A stretch of 64,000 bases of DNA from an uncultured Bifidobacteriaceae bacterium (GCA_964536285.1 CAZHXG010000002.1:66457-130456), one strand, 5' to 3'. Shown: positions 25,973 through 36,492, counted from the stretch's first letter. Numbers and translations: made by a program. Notes: generated by a model from the letters alone, not told the origin.

Positions 25973-25987
25973 TATCGTAAAACGATA
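25973..25987. promoter_or_regulatory. 15-bp palindrome TATCGTaaaACGATA upstream of the DUF2975/XRE operon; candidate operator
   Basis: Read directly. It lies in the AT-rich divergent intergenic region between 25928 and the aminopeptidase start. Confidence 0.3.
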
Positions 25988-26054
25988 AATAATTGCCTTT
26001 AATTGTTAATCGGCTCGACTTTTGCAGTTTACTTGCTTATTTTCAAAAGCATTT

Positions 26055-27164
26055 ATGACCGATCCGCGTTACAAAAAACTGGCCGAACTGCTCGTCAATT
26101 ATTCCACCGCGCTGAAAAAGGGCGACCGCATCCTGCTCGACATGATTGACGTGCCGGACGAGTTCACCGTGGAACTCATCCGCGCCGTGCGCGCGGCGGG
26201 AGCGACGCCGTTTGTCGAGACGCGCCACACGCGCGTCGGGCGCGAGCAGTTGTTGGGCATGAATGAAAAACAAGCCGCCGACATCCGCGACATGGAAATG
26301 TTCCGTATGAAAAAAATGCAGGCTTACATCGCCATCCGCGGCGCGGATAACATGAATGAAAATTCCGACGTGCCGAGCGACCGCGTGCAGTTGTATTCCA
26401 AAATCATCCGGCCCGTGCAGGATTATCGCGTGAACAAGACGCGCTGGTGCGTCTTGCGCTGGCCGACGCCGAGCATGGCGCAGGCCGCCGGCATGAGCAC
26501 CGAGGCGTTTGAAAATTTGTATTTCGACGTTTGCACGATGGATTACGCGAAGATGGGCAAGGCGATGGTGCCGCTGGAAAAATTGATGAAGAAAACGGAT
26601 CGCGTCCGGCTCGTCGCGCCCGGCACGGATTTGACGTTCAGCATCAAAGGCATCGGCGCGAAAATGTGCAAGGGCGACCGCAACATTCCTGACGGCGAAG
26701 TTTTTTCGTGTCCGGTGAAAAATTCCGTGAACGGCACGATTCAATTCAACACGCCGACGCTGTATTCGGGAACGAAGTTTGAAAATGTCCGGCTGGAATT
26801 GGTTGACGGCAAAATCGTCAACGCCACGGCGAACAACACGAAGCGGCTCAACGAAATTTTGGACACGGACGCCGGCGCGCGTTACATCGGCGAATTTTCG
26901 CTCGGCTTCAATCCGTATATTTTAAGCCCGATGTGCGACATCTTGTTCGACGAAAAAATCGCCGGCTCGCTGCACTTCACGCCCGGCCAGGCTTATGAAG
27001 ATTGCGGCAACGGCAACAAGAGCGCGATCCATTGGGACATGGTTTTGATCCAGCGCAAGGATTGGGGCGGCGGCGAGGTGTGGTTCGACGGCGAATTGAT
27101 CCGCAAAGACGGGATCTTTCTGACGAAGGATTTGAAGCCGCTGAATCCTGCGAACCTGAAATAA
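26055..27164 (+). CDS. Aminopeptidase, peptidase family M29 (AmpS/PepS-like)
   Basis: 369 aa. MTDPRYKKLAELLVNYS..., IPDGEVF, GEFSLGFNP and HFTPG motifs characteristic of M29 thermophilic metalloproteases. Confidence 0.85.
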   Translation: MTDPRYKKLAELLVNYSTALKKGDRILLDMIDVPDEFTVELIRAVRAAGATPFVETRHTRVGREQLLGMNEKQAADIRDMEMFRMKKMQAYIAIRGADNMNENSDVPSDRVQLYSKIIRPVQDYRVNKTRWCVLRWPTPSMAQAAGMSTEAFENLYFDVCTMDYAKMGKAMVPLEKLMKKTDRVRLVAPGTDLTFSIKGIGAKMCKGDRNIPDGEVFSCPVKNSVNGTIQFNTPTLYSGTKFENVRLELVDGKIVNATANNTKRLNEILDTDAGARYIGEFSLGFNPYILSPMCDILFDEKIAGSLHFTPGQAYEDCGNGNKSAIHWDMVLIQRKDWGGGEVWFDGELIRKDGIFLTKDLKPLNPANLK

Positions 27165-27167
27165 TTT

Positions 27168-28049
27168 TTACGCCGCTTCCTTGAGTATCGCCAGAAATTG
27201 TTTCATCGCCGGCGAAAGCACCTTGTTCTTTTTGTAAATCGCGGCGAGCGGACGGAAGAAATCTCCGTCCTCAATCGGCACGGTGGCGAGCGTCTGCTTG
27301 ACGACTTCCTGAAGGACGGTGCCTTGCGGAACGATTGAAATGCCCGCGTCAATTTCCACGGCACGTTTGACGGTCTCGACGTTGTCGAATTCCATGACGT
27401 GCCTCACTTCCACGTCGTATTCCTTCAAAATTTTGTCGAGCGCCTTGCGTGTCGGGATGTCCGGCTCGAAACCGATGATTTTCTGTCCGGCCAGCATCTT
27501 GAGCTTGACGGATTTTTGCTTGGCGAATGGATGTTGTGGATGGCAAATCAAGATGAGCGGCTCCTTGCGAAGCGGGACGATTTCCAGTTTTGAGTCCTTG
27601 ACCGGATACGCGACGAGCCCAAGGTCAACGACGTTGCTCAACACGTCCTCATAAACCTGGTTGGCGCGGCGATATTCGACGTGGATGTTCACCGTCGGAT
27701 AGCTCTTCATGAATTTTTTGATGTACGGCGGCAAATCGTGAAGCCCGATGCTGTAAATCGTCGCCACGCGGATCATCCCGGAAATGATGTCCTTGAGTTC
27801 CTGCAATTTGCTGTGCAGCGATTCATAAGTCTGGATGATTTGTTTGCTGTATTCGTAAAGCGTCTGGCCTTCGCGGGTGAGCCGGAATTTTTTCTTGCTG
27901 CGCTCGATGAGCAGCGATTTGAACGTCCGTTCCAGCGCGCTGATCTGCTGGCTTACCGCGGATTGTGTGATGTTGTTGATTTGCGCCGCCTTGGTGAAAC
28001 TTTCCGTTTCAGCCAAATCACAAAAAACTTTGAGGCTTTCAATCTGCAT
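27168..28049 (-). CDS. LysR-family transcriptional regulator
   Basis: Start moved to MQIESLKVFCDLAETESFTKAAQINNITQSAVSQQISALE (a canonical LysR HTH), giving 293 aa. Divergent from pyrE. Confidence 0.88.
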   Translation of the reverse strand: MQIESLKVFCDLAETESFTKAAQINNITQSAVSQQISALERTFKSLLIERSKKKFRLTREGQTLYEYSKQIIQTYESLHSKLQELKDIISGMIRVATIYSIGLHDLPPYIKKFMKSYPTVNIHVEYRRANQVYEDVLSNVVDLGLVAYPVKDSKLEIVPLRKEPLILICHPQHPFAKQKSVKLKMLAGQKIIGFEPDIPTRKALDKILKEYDVEVRHVMEFDNVETVKRAVEIDAGISIVPQGTVLQEVVKQTLATVPIEDGDFFRPLAAIYKKNKVLSPAMKQFLAILKEAA

Positions 28050-28175
28050 AAGTTGAATTAAACTAAATTGGCGCATGCCAGTCAATAGAAGCCTTGCGAA
28101 ACGACCGCCCAAGAAACCGCCGCCGGGCTTCAAAAGCAACTTTGGGCTTTGAACTTTCGGCTGCGGACTTAATCT

Positions 28176-28748
28176 TTGCACGTGACACAAGACGAAGTCC
28201 TGAAAATTTTCCGCGACAGCGGCGCGCTGCTCGAAGGGCATTTCATCCTGCGCAGCGGATTGCACAGCCGGCAATTTTTTCAATGCGCGCTCGCGCTCCA
28301 GCAGATGCCCGTCGTCGAAAAACTAGGCACGGCTCTGGCGGCGAAAGTTAAACCGCTCGGCGCGGTCACGGTGGTTGCGCCGGCGATGGGCGGGCTTGTG
28401 ATTGGGCAGGAAATCGCTCGGCAACTTGGCGTCAGATTTATTTTCGTGGAGAAAGAGGAAGGCAAACTCGTTTTGCGGCGCGGATTCAAAATTACGTCCG
28501 GTGAAAAAATTCTCGTCGTCGAGGATGTCGTGACCAAGGGCGGACGCGTGCAGGAAACTTTGGACATCGTCCGCGCGCATGGCGGGAATGTCGTCGGCAT
28601 GGCGGCGATTGTGGATCGCTCGAACGGCGCGGTGAATTTTGGCGTGCCATTTCAGAGTTTGCTCGCGCTGAAAGTCGAAGCCTTCGAGCCGGACAAATTG
28701 CCGCCGGACTTGGCGAAAATTCCGGCGGTCAAGCCGGGGAGCAAATAG
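28176..28748 (+). CDS. pyrE: Orotate phosphoribosyltransferase
   Basis: LLEGHFILRSGLHSRQFFQC and the PRPP-binding loop ILVVEDVVTKGG. Start is TTG (28176) or GTG (28182). Confidence 0.92.
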   Translation: MHVTQDEVLKIFRDSGALLEGHFILRSGLHSRQFFQCALALQQMPVVEKLGTALAAKVKPLGAVTVVAPAMGGLVIGQEIARQLGVRFIFVEKEEGKLVLRRGFKITSGEKILVVEDVVTKGGRVQETLDIVRAHGGNVVGMAAIVDRSNGAVNFGVPFQSLLALKVEAFEPDKLPPDLAKIPAVKPGSK

Positions 28749-28751
28749 TTT

Positions 28752-29246
28752 TCAGTGCGACGAGGTTGAGCTTTCAGTTTTGTAGCCGTCGCGCTTCCAC
28801 CAATCCAAACCACCCATCAATTCTTTTACGCGAAATCCCAAGCGCGCCAGATTGAACGCGCCCTTGGTGGAAGCATTGCAGCCGATGCCGTCGCAATAGG
28901 TGATGTAAAGCGCGCTTCGGTCAAGGTGACGGGTGGACTCTTCATTCATCGTCCGATGCGGAAAATTGATGGCGTTCGGAATGTGTTCTTTCTGGAAACT
29001 TTCGGGTGAGCGCGCATCAACGACAACAATTCGGTCTCCTTTTTCCAAAGCCGTTTTCAAATCCCACGAATCGGTCTCGTGTTCGAGTTTATCGCCGTAA
29101 TGTTTGATTTGGTTGTCCACGACAAAAAATTTGCACACGCAAAAATTTTCTGTCGAGAAAAATTCCAGTTCAAAAATTGAGCCACCAAAACCGCGCCATT
29201 TCATTTTCAACTGTGCCACCACGTCGCTAATGGCACAGTTTTTCAT
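28752..29246 (-). CDS. Rhodanese-domain sulfurtransferase-like protein
   Basis: IVVVDARSPESFQKEHIPNAINFP ... ITYCDGIGCNAS ... LMGGLDWW is a rhodanese pattern with an active-site Cys loop. The N-terminal ~50 aa are uncertain, and the real start may be internal. Confidence 0.65.
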   Translation of the reverse strand: MKNCAISDVVAQLKMKWRGFGGSIFELEFFSTENFCVCKFFVVDNQIKHYGDKLEHETDSWDLKTALEKGDRIVVVDARSPESFQKEHIPNAINFPHRTMNEESTRHLDRSALYITYCDGIGCNASTKGAFNLARLGFRVKELMGGLDWWKRDGYKTESSTSSH

Positions 29247-29377
29247 CCGCTTGAATCCGGCTGAATGTTAAAATTCCCCTTTGTTTTCAATGGATTCACT
29301 ATTTTTATCGCGCGGCATCCGAATTGCGTAAGAACTGTGAGCAGTTTTATAGAAAACAAATTTACGAAAGAAATTTT

Positions 29378-31315
29378 ATGGCAAAAGTATTAGGCATTGA
29401 TTTAGGCACGACGAACTCCTGCATGGCGATCATGGAAGGCGGCGAACCGCTCGTCCTCGAAAATTCCGAGGGCAAACGCACTACGCCCAGCGTCGTCGCG
29501 TTCACGAAATCCGGCGAGCGCGTGATTGGCGACGCGGCGAAACGCCAGGCCGTCACCAATTCGCGCAACACGATTTATTCCGTGAAGCGTTTCATGGGGC
29601 GCAAATTCGACGAGGTGCAGGAAGAAATCAAGCGTGTGCCTTACAAGGTCGTGAAGGCGAGCAACGGCGACGCCGCCATCGAGGTCGAAGTGAACGGCAA
29701 GCCGACAAAATTTTCTCCGCCGGAAATCTCCGCGATGATTCTCGCAAAACTGAAAGCCGACGCGGAAACGCGCCTCGGCGAAAAAATTTCTCAAGCGGTC
29801 ATCACCGTTCCCGCATATTTTAACGACTCGCAACGTCAGGCCACAAAAGACGCCGGACGCATCGCCGGTCTCGAAGTTCTCCGCATCATCAACGAGCCGA
29901 CCGCCGCGTCGCTCGCTTATGGCCTCGACAAAAAGAAGGACGAAAAGATCGCCGTCTACGATTTGGGCGGCGGCACGTTCGACATTTCAGTTCTCGAAAT
30001 CGGCGACGGCATTTTTGAAGTCAAAGCCACGAACGGCGACACGCATTTGGGCGGTGACGACTGGGACAATTGCCTGATGGACTGGATTCTCGACGAATTC
30101 AAAAAGGAATCCGGCATGGATTTGCGCAAGCAGCCCGACGCGCTCCAACGAATCAAAGAGGAAGCCGAAAAAGCGAAGATCGCTTTGTCGAGCGCGCAGC
30201 AATACGACATCAACCTGCCGTTCATCACGGCGGACGCAAGCGGCCCGAAGCACATCCAGAAAATTCTCACGCGCGCGAAAATGGAGCAGCTCACCGACAA
30301 ACTTTTTGAACGCACCATCGCGCCGGTGAAGGCGTGCTTGAAGGACGCTGGCATCGAGGCGGCGAAGATTGACGAACTCGTTCTCGTCGGTGGCATGACG
30401 CGCATGCCGCGCGTTGTCGAAGTCGCGAAAACGCTCGTCAACAAACAACCGCATCAAGGCGTGAATCCCGACGAAGTCGTCGCGATCGGCGCAGGCATCC
30501 AGGGCGGCGTGCTCAAAGGCGAAGTCAAAGACGTTCTCCTGCTCGACGTGACACCGTTGTCGCTCGGCATCGAGACGCTCGGCGGCGTGTTCACGAAATT
30601 AATCGAGCGCAACACGACGATCCCGTCGCGCAAATCGGAAATTTTTTCAACGGCCAGCGACAACCAGCCCGGCGTGGAGATTCATGTGCTCCAAGGCGAA
30701 CGCCAGTTCTCCAAGGACAACAAGACCATCGGCAGGTTTCAACTCGCGGACATCCCGCCCGCGCCGCGAGGCGTGCCGCAGATCGAGGTGACCTTCGACA
30801 TCGACGCCAACGGTATTTTGCACGTCGGCGCGAAAGACCTCGGCACCGGCAAGGAACAGAAGATCACCATCACGGCCAGCAGCGGTCTCTCGAAGGACGA
30901 AGTCGAGAAGATGCGCAAGGACGCCGAAGCGCACGCGGACGACGACAAGGCGCGGCTCGAAGAGATCCAATCGCGCAACGACGCGGACAACGCGGTGTAT
31001 CGCTCCGAGAAAATGCTCAAGGACAACGGCGAAAAAATTTCCGCCGATGACAAGGGCAAGATTGAAACGGCGGTCAACGCCGTGAAGGAAGCGCTCAAAG
31101 GCACGGACGCCGCGGCCATAAAATCCGCGAGCGAAAAGCTGAACGAAGTCTGGCAGGCCGTCTCGACCGAACTTTACAAAGCCGCCGCCGCGAAAGCGCA
31201 GGCTGAAAAAGGACAAGCTGGTGCGCAACCGCAGCCGGAAAGTGGCGAGCCGAAGTCCGAGGAAAAGAAGGACGAAGGCGTGATTGACGCGGAAGTTGTG
31301 GACGAGAAAAAGTAA
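29378..31315 (+). CDS. dnaK: Molecular chaperone DnaK (Hsp70)
   Basis: [17 protein letters not shown]..., DLGGGTFD; full-length Hsp70. Start trimmed to the ATG at 29378. Confidence 0.98.
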   Translation: MAKVLGIDLGTTNSCMAIMEGGEPLVLENSEGKRTTPSVVAFTKSGERVIGDAAKRQAVTNSRNTIYSVKRFMGRKFDEVQEEIKRVPYKVVKASNGDAAIEVEVNGKPTKFSPPEISAMILAKLKADAETRLGEKISQAVITVPAYFNDSQRQATKDAGRIAGLEVLRIINEPTAASLAYGLDKKKDEKIAVYDLGGGTFDISVLEIGDGIFEVKATNGDTHLGGDDWDNCLMDWILDEFKKESGMDLRKQPDALQRIKEEAEKAKIALSSAQQYDINLPFITADASGPKHIQKILTRAKMEQLTDKLFERTIAPVKACLKDAGIEAAKIDELVLVGGMTRMPRVVEVAKTLVNKQPHQGVNPDEVVAIGAGIQGGVLKGEVKDVLLLDVTPLSLGIETLGGVFTKLIERNTTIPSRKSEIFSTASDNQPGVEIHVLQGERQFSKDNKTIGRFQLADIPPAPRGVPQIEVTFDIDANGILHVGAKDLGTGKEQKITITASSGLSKDEVEKMRKDAEAHADDDKARLEEIQSRNDADNAVYRSEKMLKDNGEKISADDKGKIETAVNAVKEALKGTDAAAIKSASEKLNEVWQAVSTELYKAAAAKAQAEKGQAGAQPQPESGEPKSEEKKDEGVIDAEVVDEKK

Positions 31316-31336
31316 TTCGCGCCGTCACAGAATTTT

Positions 31337-31356
31337 CCCATCGCGGGTGCGGTGGG
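31337..31356 (+). terminator. Stable hairpin between dnaK and groES (terminator or attenuator)
   Basis: CCCATCGC-gggt-GCGGTGGG (8 bp including one G-U pair) followed by ATTTGATT. The U-tract is weak, so readthrough is likely. Confidence 0.35.
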
Positions 31357-31402
31357 ATTTGATTACAGTCAACAATTCAAACAAACAACAAAAAGTTAAA
31401 CT

Positions 31403-31696
31403 ATGGCACTAAACGTAAAACCAATCGGCGACCGGATTCTGGTCGAGCCGGCTGAAGAAAAGGAAACGAAAAAGGGCGGCATCATCATTCCCGATACCGC
31501 CAAGGAAAAACCGCAGGAAGGCATCGTCGTCGCGCTCGGCACGGGTAAGACGAATGATGACGGCAAAAAAATCCCCTTTGAAGTCAAGAAGGGCGACCGT
31601 GTGCTGGTCTCGAAATACGGCGGCACGGAAATCAAGATTGACGGCAAGGAATACAAGATTTTGTCGAGTGACGACATTCTCGCCGTTTTGGAATAA
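31403..31696 (+). CDS. groES: Co-chaperonin GroES
   Basis: 97 aa. [16 protein letters not shown]...[16 protein letters not shown]. Confidence 0.97.
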   Translation: MALNVKPIGDRILVEPAEEKETKKGGIIIPDTAKEKPQEGIVVALGTGKTNDDGKKIPFEVKKGDRVLVSKYGGTEIKIDGKEYKILSSDDILAVLE

Positions 31697-31735
31697 TTCA
31701 CCCAACAATTTAACCAATCAAAGAACAGAAAAATT

Positions 31736-33385
31736 ATGGCAGCTAAACAATTGATATTCGACGAGCAGGCGCGTCAGGCAATCCTGCGCGGCATTTCCAA
31801 GCTCTCCAAGGCGGTCGTCGCGACGCTCGGCCCGAAAGGCCGCAACGTGGTGATCGACAAAAAATTCGGTTCGCCGACGGTCACCAAGGACGGTGTCACG
31901 GTCGCGAAGGAGATCGAATTGGAAGACCCGTACGAAAACATGGGCGCGCAGATGGTCCGCGAAGTCGCCAGCAAAACAAGCGACACGGCGGGCGACGGCA
32001 CGACGACGGCGACGGTTCTCGCGGAATCGATTTATCGCGAGGGCTTGAAGTTCGTCACGGCGGGCGCGAATCCGATCGGCATCCAGCGCGGCATCAACAA
32101 GGCCGTTGAATCCGCAGTCAGTCATCTCGACAAAATCACGAAGAAGGTGAAAGACAAAGAAGAGATCAAACAGGTCGCGGCGGTTTCCGCGAACTGGGAT
32201 TATGACATCGCCGACAAGATCGCCGACGCGATGGACAAGGTCGGCAAGGACGGCACGATCACGGTCGAGGAAGCGAAGTCCATCGAGACGACGCTCGACG
32301 TGGTCGAAGGCATGCAGTTCGACAAGGGTTATCTGTCGCCTTACTTCGTCACGAACGCGGAGACGATGGAATGCAAACTCGAAGACGCGTATGTTTTGAA
32401 TTACGAAAAGAAAATCAGCAGCTTGAAGGATTTGCTGCCGATTCTGGAAAAGACCGCGAAGATCGGCAAGCCGCTGCTCATCATCTCCGAAGAAGTCGAA
32501 GGCGAAGCACTCGCGACTCTCGTGGTGAACAAGCTGCGCGGCACGATCAATGTGTGCGCCGTCAAAGCGCCGGGCTTCGGCGACCGCCGCAAGGAAATGA
32601 TGCAGGACCTCGCGGTGTTGACCGGCGGAAAATTCATCAGCGAAGACCTCGGCATCAAACTCGAGACAATTGAATTGACCGATTTGGGTCGCGCGAAGAC
32701 GGTTGTCGTGGACAAAGAGAACACGACGATTGTCGAAGGCGCCGGAAAATCCAGCGACATTCAAGGCCGCGTGAATCAGATTCGCCGGCAGATTGAAGAG
32801 ACGACGAGCGATTACGACCGCGAAAAATTGCAGGAACGTCTCGCGAAACTCGCGGGCGGCGTGGCCGTCATCAACGTCGGCGCGGCGACCGAAACTGAAA
32901 TGAAGGAAAAGAAGGCGCGCGTCGAGGACGCGTTGCACGCGACCCGCGCGGCGGTCGAAGAAGGCATCGTGGCGGGCGGCGGCGTAGCGTTGATCCGTTG
33001 CATCGCGGCCATCGAAGCCACGAAGGGCGCGAACGAAGACGAAACCATCGGCATCGGCATCATCAAGCGCGCGGTGGAATCGCCGTTGCGCTCGCTCGCG
33101 GCGAACGCGGGCGTCGAAGGCAGCGTTATCGTCGAGGCGGTCAAGAAATCCAAGGGCAACGAAGGTTACAACGTCGCCACGGGCGAATACGAGGACCTCG
33201 TGAAGGCCGGCGTGGTTGACCCGAAGAAAGTCACGCGTAGCGCGCTGCAAAACGCGGCGAGCATCGCGGGACTCTTGCTTACGACCGAATGCCTCATCAC
33301 CGACGTGCCGGAAAAGGAAAAAGCCCCGGCAGGCGGCGGTCACGGCGGCGGCATGGGTGACATGGGCGGCATGGGCGGTTATTAA
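31736..33385 (+). CDS. groEL: Chaperonin GroEL
   Basis: 549 aa. [13 protein letters not shown]-terminal GGM repeats ([13 protein letters not shown]). Confidence 0.98.
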   Translation: MAAKQLIFDEQARQAILRGISKLSKAVVATLGPKGRNVVIDKKFGSPTVTKDGVTVAKEIELEDPYENMGAQMVREVASKTSDTAGDGTTTATVLAESIYREGLKFVTAGANPIGIQRGINKAVESAVSHLDKITKKVKDKEEIKQVAAVSANWDYDIADKIADAMDKVGKDGTITVEEAKSIETTLDVVEGMQFDKGYLSPYFVTNAETMECKLEDAYVLNYEKKISSLKDLLPILEKTAKIGKPLLIISEEVEGEALATLVVNKLRGTINVCAVKAPGFGDRRKEMMQDLAVLTGGKFISEDLGIKLETIELTDLGRAKTVVVDKENTTIVEGAGKSSDIQGRVNQIRRQIEETTSDYDREKLQERLAKLAGGVAVINVGAATETEMKEKKARVEDALHATRAAVEEGIVAGGGVALIRCIAAIEATKGANEDETIGIGIIKRAVESPLRSLAANAGVEGSVIVEAVKKSKGNEGYNVATGEYEDLVKAGVVDPKKVTRSALQNAASIAGLLLTTECLITDVPEKEKAPAGGGHGGGMGDMGGMGGY

Positions 33386-33418
33386 TCCGCTAAAATTCGG
33401 AGGAACCGAAAAATCGAG

Positions 33419-33449
33419 CGCGGCTGGAAGAAATTCCAGCCGCGTTTTT
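33419..33449 (+). terminator. Rho-independent terminator of groESL
   Basis: CGCGGCTGGA-agaaat-TCCAGCCGCG followed by TTTTT. Confidence 0.8.
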
Positions 33450-33531
33450 GTTTGTTACGATCCTGTAACATCGCAGTTTTGCAGCGGAATTTTTTAGCAA
33501 TGACAGGAACAGCCGTCTAAACTTCGGATTC

Positions 33532-35193
33532 GTGAGTTCCGTTGTCCGCAATTTGTTGAATGAATCCGTTGCGCTTTTGGCGGCAACATCGGCTCTTTTT
33601 ATTTTTCCAAATTTTTGTCCTGCCGCGCCGACGTTCGCCAACGCGGTGACGAACGGCATCGTGAACATTCCGCTGCTGACGGAAGCCTCCGGCGTCGCAG
33701 CCAGCCGCAACAATCCCGACGTGCTTTGGACGGAAAACGACAGCGGCAACGCGGCGGTGGTCTACGCGATCGATTCGCAAGGCCGAAATCTGGGCACTTA
33801 CGCGCTGCCCGGCAACACGGACAACGAAGACATCGGCATCGGCCCCGGCCCGGTGACGAATGTTTCCTATCTTTACGTGACCGACATCGGCGACAACAAT
33901 TCCGACCGCACGAACATAATGATTTATCAGATTCCCGAACCGGCGGTTTATTTCTGGCAGACGAACAGCCCGGTTTCCAACCGCGCGATGAAAGGGGCGC
34001 GTACCATCACGCTGACATATCCCAATAGCACAAACAACGCCGAGGCCGAGTTCACCGATCCTGTGACCGGCGACTGGTTTGTGCTGACGAAATCAAACAC
34101 CAGCAGCATTTACACCGCGCCCAAGTCGCTGCTTGACGCGACAAATAAAATCACGCTCACGTTTGTCCGCACGCTCTCTTTCACAAAACCCAACGGCGCG
34201 GACATCTCGCCGCTCGGAAACGAAATCCTCGTGCGGCAGGAAAATTTCGCGCAGATTTTTCTGCGCACGAACGGCCAGTCCATCAGCAGTGTGTTCAGCG
34301 AACCGTCCAATGGCATTCCCGTCGTCGGCGAGGCCAATGGCGAACCCAACGGCGAGGCCATCGGCTTCGATTATTACGGCGGCGGCTATTTCACCTTGAG
34401 CGACAGCGAACCGACGGGCATTCAGCCGCTTTATTATTTTGCGCGCAAGAGTTTTGACGGCCCGACTCCGCCGCGCGTCCTCGTGCCGATGGCTTCAATC
34501 TGGAAATATCTGGCCAACGGATCGGATCAGGGAACAGCCTGGCGCAATCCGGGCTTCGACGATTCCTCGTGGAGCAGCGGCCCGGCGCAACTTGGCTACG
34601 GCGACGGCGAATTACAGACGTTCGTGGGCTACGGCCTGAACGTGAATGACAAATACATCACAACTTATTTTCGGAAAACTTTTGTCGCGACGAATGTAAA
34701 CCGGATCGCGAACATGACTTTGAAACTGGTCGTTGATGACGGCGCGAATGTTTTTCTCAACGGCGCGGCGATCGCGAACATCAACCTCAACTCCGGCGCG
34801 GCCTACAACACGCTTGCGACGCCCATGACGGCCGCGCTGCGCGACGCCTGGCAGAGTTACGCCGTTGACCCGAAGCTACTGCTCGAAGGCACGAACACGA
34901 TCGCCGCCGAAGTCCATATCGCGTCCGTGTCGAGCAACAGCATGAGCTTCGACCTGCAACTGATTGCGACGGAAGCACCGTTCATCACTTCCATCACGCG
35001 GCTCACCAATCAGTCGAAAATTTTCCTCGCCGGCTCGAGCAATTCGCCGACGATGATTCAGGCCACGACTAATTTTTTGAGCTGGACGAATCTCGGCAGC
35101 CTGCTTTTGACCAACGGCAGCGGTGCGTTTTCCGATTCGGCGGCGACAAATTTTAATTTTCGATTTTACCGCGCCTACCGCGCCGTTCCTTAA
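33532..35193 (+). CDS. Secreted multidomain protein, unknown function (553 aa)
   Basis: The N-terminus looks like a signal peptide. The N-terminal half has a beta-propeller/phytase-like feel (EASGVAASRNNPDVLWTENDSGN). The C-terminal half has a jelly-roll-like module (WKYL..GSDQGTAWRNPGFDDSSW...TTYFRKTF...LVVDDGANVFLNG) that is common in PVC exported proteins. Confidence 0.65.
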   Translation: MSSVVRNLLNESVALLAATSALFIFPNFCPAAPTFANAVTNGIVNIPLLTEASGVAASRNNPDVLWTENDSGNAAVVYAIDSQGRNLGTYALPGNTDNEDIGIGPGPVTNVSYLYVTDIGDNNSDRTNIMIYQIPEPAVYFWQTNSPVSNRAMKGARTITLTYPNSTNNAEAEFTDPVTGDWFVLTKSNTSSIYTAPKSLLDATNKITLTFVRTLSFTKPNGADISPLGNEILVRQENFAQIFLRTNGQSISSVFSEPSNGIPVVGEANGEPNGEAIGFDYYGGGYFTLSDSEPTGIQPLYYFARKSFDGPTPPRVLVPMASIWKYLANGSDQGTAWRNPGFDDSSWSSGPAQLGYGDGELQTFVGYGLNVNDKYITTYFRKTFVATNVNRIANMTLKLVVDDGANVFLNGAAIANINLNSGAAYNTLATPMTAALRDAWQSYAVDPKLLLEGTNTIAAEVHIASVSSNSMSFDLQLIATEAPFITSITRLTNQSKIFLAGSSNSPTMIQATTNFLSWTNLGSLLLTNGSGAFSDSAATNFNFRFYRAYRAVP

Positions 35194-35245
35194 TTCGTTT
35201 GACCGTCACGGCAACTTGAAGGATTATATGTTCGCCGAATCGGAT

Positions 35246-35598
35246 GGGGGCGCACTGGTTTCGACCATGTGAACACGCCAGAGGCGGCATGCCGAGGAAG
35301 ATGCGTTGGCCTCGTTAATCATTCGCATCAAAACAAAACAGCTAATCAAGAACTAGCTCTCGCGGCCTAAGCGCCACGACGTCCGCCACTGGACACCTGC
35401 TACGGTGGACGGACGCCACAGCAGGCGGGGTTGAAGGCGGAGTCTGCGCGCCGGCAACCGACTCTTATCCTGCGGACTAGGCAGTGCGACTCGCGCCCGG
35501 ACGCCATCGCACAGCAGAAAAAATTCTCCGGGCTAAGCATGTAGTCGCGGCTGGTAGGTTGACTTGGGACGCGGGTTCAATTCCCGCCGCCTCCACCA
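35246..35598 (+). ncRNA. ssrA: tmRNA (SsrA), tag reading frame ...ANQELALAA*
   Basis: The 5' GGGGGCG pairs with 3' CGCCTCC-A-CCA, with a G3:U pair (tRNA-Ala identity). The 3' end has a T-arm GGACGCGGGTTCAATTCCCGCC. The internal ORF gct aat caa gaa cta gct ctc gcg gcc taa lies at 35341..35370. Confidence 0.92.
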
Positions 35599-35601
35599 CT
35601 T

Positions 35602-36492
35602 TCACGGCACGATGACGCGCAATTTTTCGCGCTCGACCGAAAATGTCGCGGGCAAATTCCCGACCCACTCGCCATCCAATTCAAACGCCGCCGCTGTTTT
35701 GCTGGTCAATTCAAAACTCGATGCGCGAAAACGACGCACGATTCTCTCCGGCAATTTTTGCCGGACGAGAAAATTTGGCGAGCAGCGGAATAACGTCGGA
35801 AAATTCACACGCGGAAAAATGCAAACCTCCAGAAGCCCGTTGCGCAATTCCGCTTCGGGGAAAATTTTGAACGGTCCACCGTAAAATTTTCCGTTGCCGA
35901 TCAAAATCAGTTCGCCGGAAAATTTTTGCCCGTCCGCGCGGACGGCAATCGCCGGTTTCCTTTCACGCAGCGCTTTCAACCCGGCGACGATGTAAGCCAG
36001 TGGCCCGACTTTTTTCTTGTGCTGCCAGTCCACGAGTTCGATGGCGCGCGCATCGAAACCGGCGCCGGCGAGCTGGACGAAATAACGCCGCTCCCGTTTG
36101 CCGCCGGCTGAAAATTCCACGCGTGGCAGGTCGATTTTCATTTCACGACCACGGCGCAAAACTTCCCACGCGCTTTCGAGCCGCAGCGGGATTTTCAATT
36201 CGCGCGCAAAGACATTGACCGTGCCGAGTGGCAGCACGCCGAGCCGCGCGCGTTCAAGGCCGTTTGGCGCGTCGCCGATCCCGTTCAGGACTTCGTTGAC
36301 CGTGCCGTCGCCACCGGCGGCCACGATGAGTTCGAATCCGTCGGCCACCGCTTCGGTCGCGAGACGCCGCGCCTCGCCCGGCGCAGTCGTGGCCTTGAAC
36401 GCGGATTGTCCGGCCATGTCACCGAGATGATGGCGGAAATGCCGGGCCTTGCTGCCACGCGCCGCCGGATTGAAAATGACACAGGTGCGCAC
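35602..36492 (-). CDS. Diacylglycerol/lipid kinase (YegS/BmrU family)
   Basis: 296 aa. CVIFNPAARGS... and VAAGGDGTVNEVLNG (DAGK catalytic domain). Confidence 0.85.
   Translation of the reverse strand: MRTCVIFNPAARGSKARHFRHHLGDMAGQSAFKATTAPGEARRLATEAVADGFELIVAAGGDGTVNEVLNGIGDAPNGLERARLGVLPLGTVNVFARELKIPLRLESAWEVLRRGREMKIDLPRVEFSAGGKRERRYFVQLAGAGFDARAIELVDWQHKKKVGPLAYIVAGLKALRERKPAIAVRADGQKFSGELILIGNGKFYGGPFKIFPEAELRNGLLEVCIFPRVNFPTLFRCSPNFLVRQKLPERIVRRFRASSFELTSKTAAAFELDGEWVGNLPATFSVEREKLRVIVP

Noticed and set aside
28050-28283. 78-aa N-terminal extension of the LysR regulator
   Set aside because: LysR proteins begin directly with the HTH (MQIESLKVF...). The extension would also overlap the divergent pyrE start region.
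29231-29248. Sigma-54-like TGGCAC-N5-TT element upstream of dnaK
   Set aside because: The -12 element reads TTCA rather than TTGC, so the essential GC is missing. It also lies within the 5' end of the minus-strand rhodanese ORF. Probably chance.
29250-29283. Sigma-32-like promoter CTTGAA...CCCCTTTG upstream of dnaK
   Set aside because: I counted a 20-nt spacer, and the consensus needs about 13-15. A second CTGAAT gives only 9 nt. Not supported.
31718-33343. 541-aa ORF antisense to almost the whole of groEL
   Set aside because: It mirrors the groEL frame, is R/D/A/F-rich and has no independent start context or motif. Long antisense ORFs opposite chaperonin/Hsp70 genes are a known compositional artefact. 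No evidence for coding.
35341-35370. tmRNA 3' end as an integration hotspot (island downstream of ssrA)
   Set aside because: The gene immediately downstream is a convergent housekeeping-type lipid kinase with native composition. There is no duplicated ssrA 3' fragment or integrase in the window.
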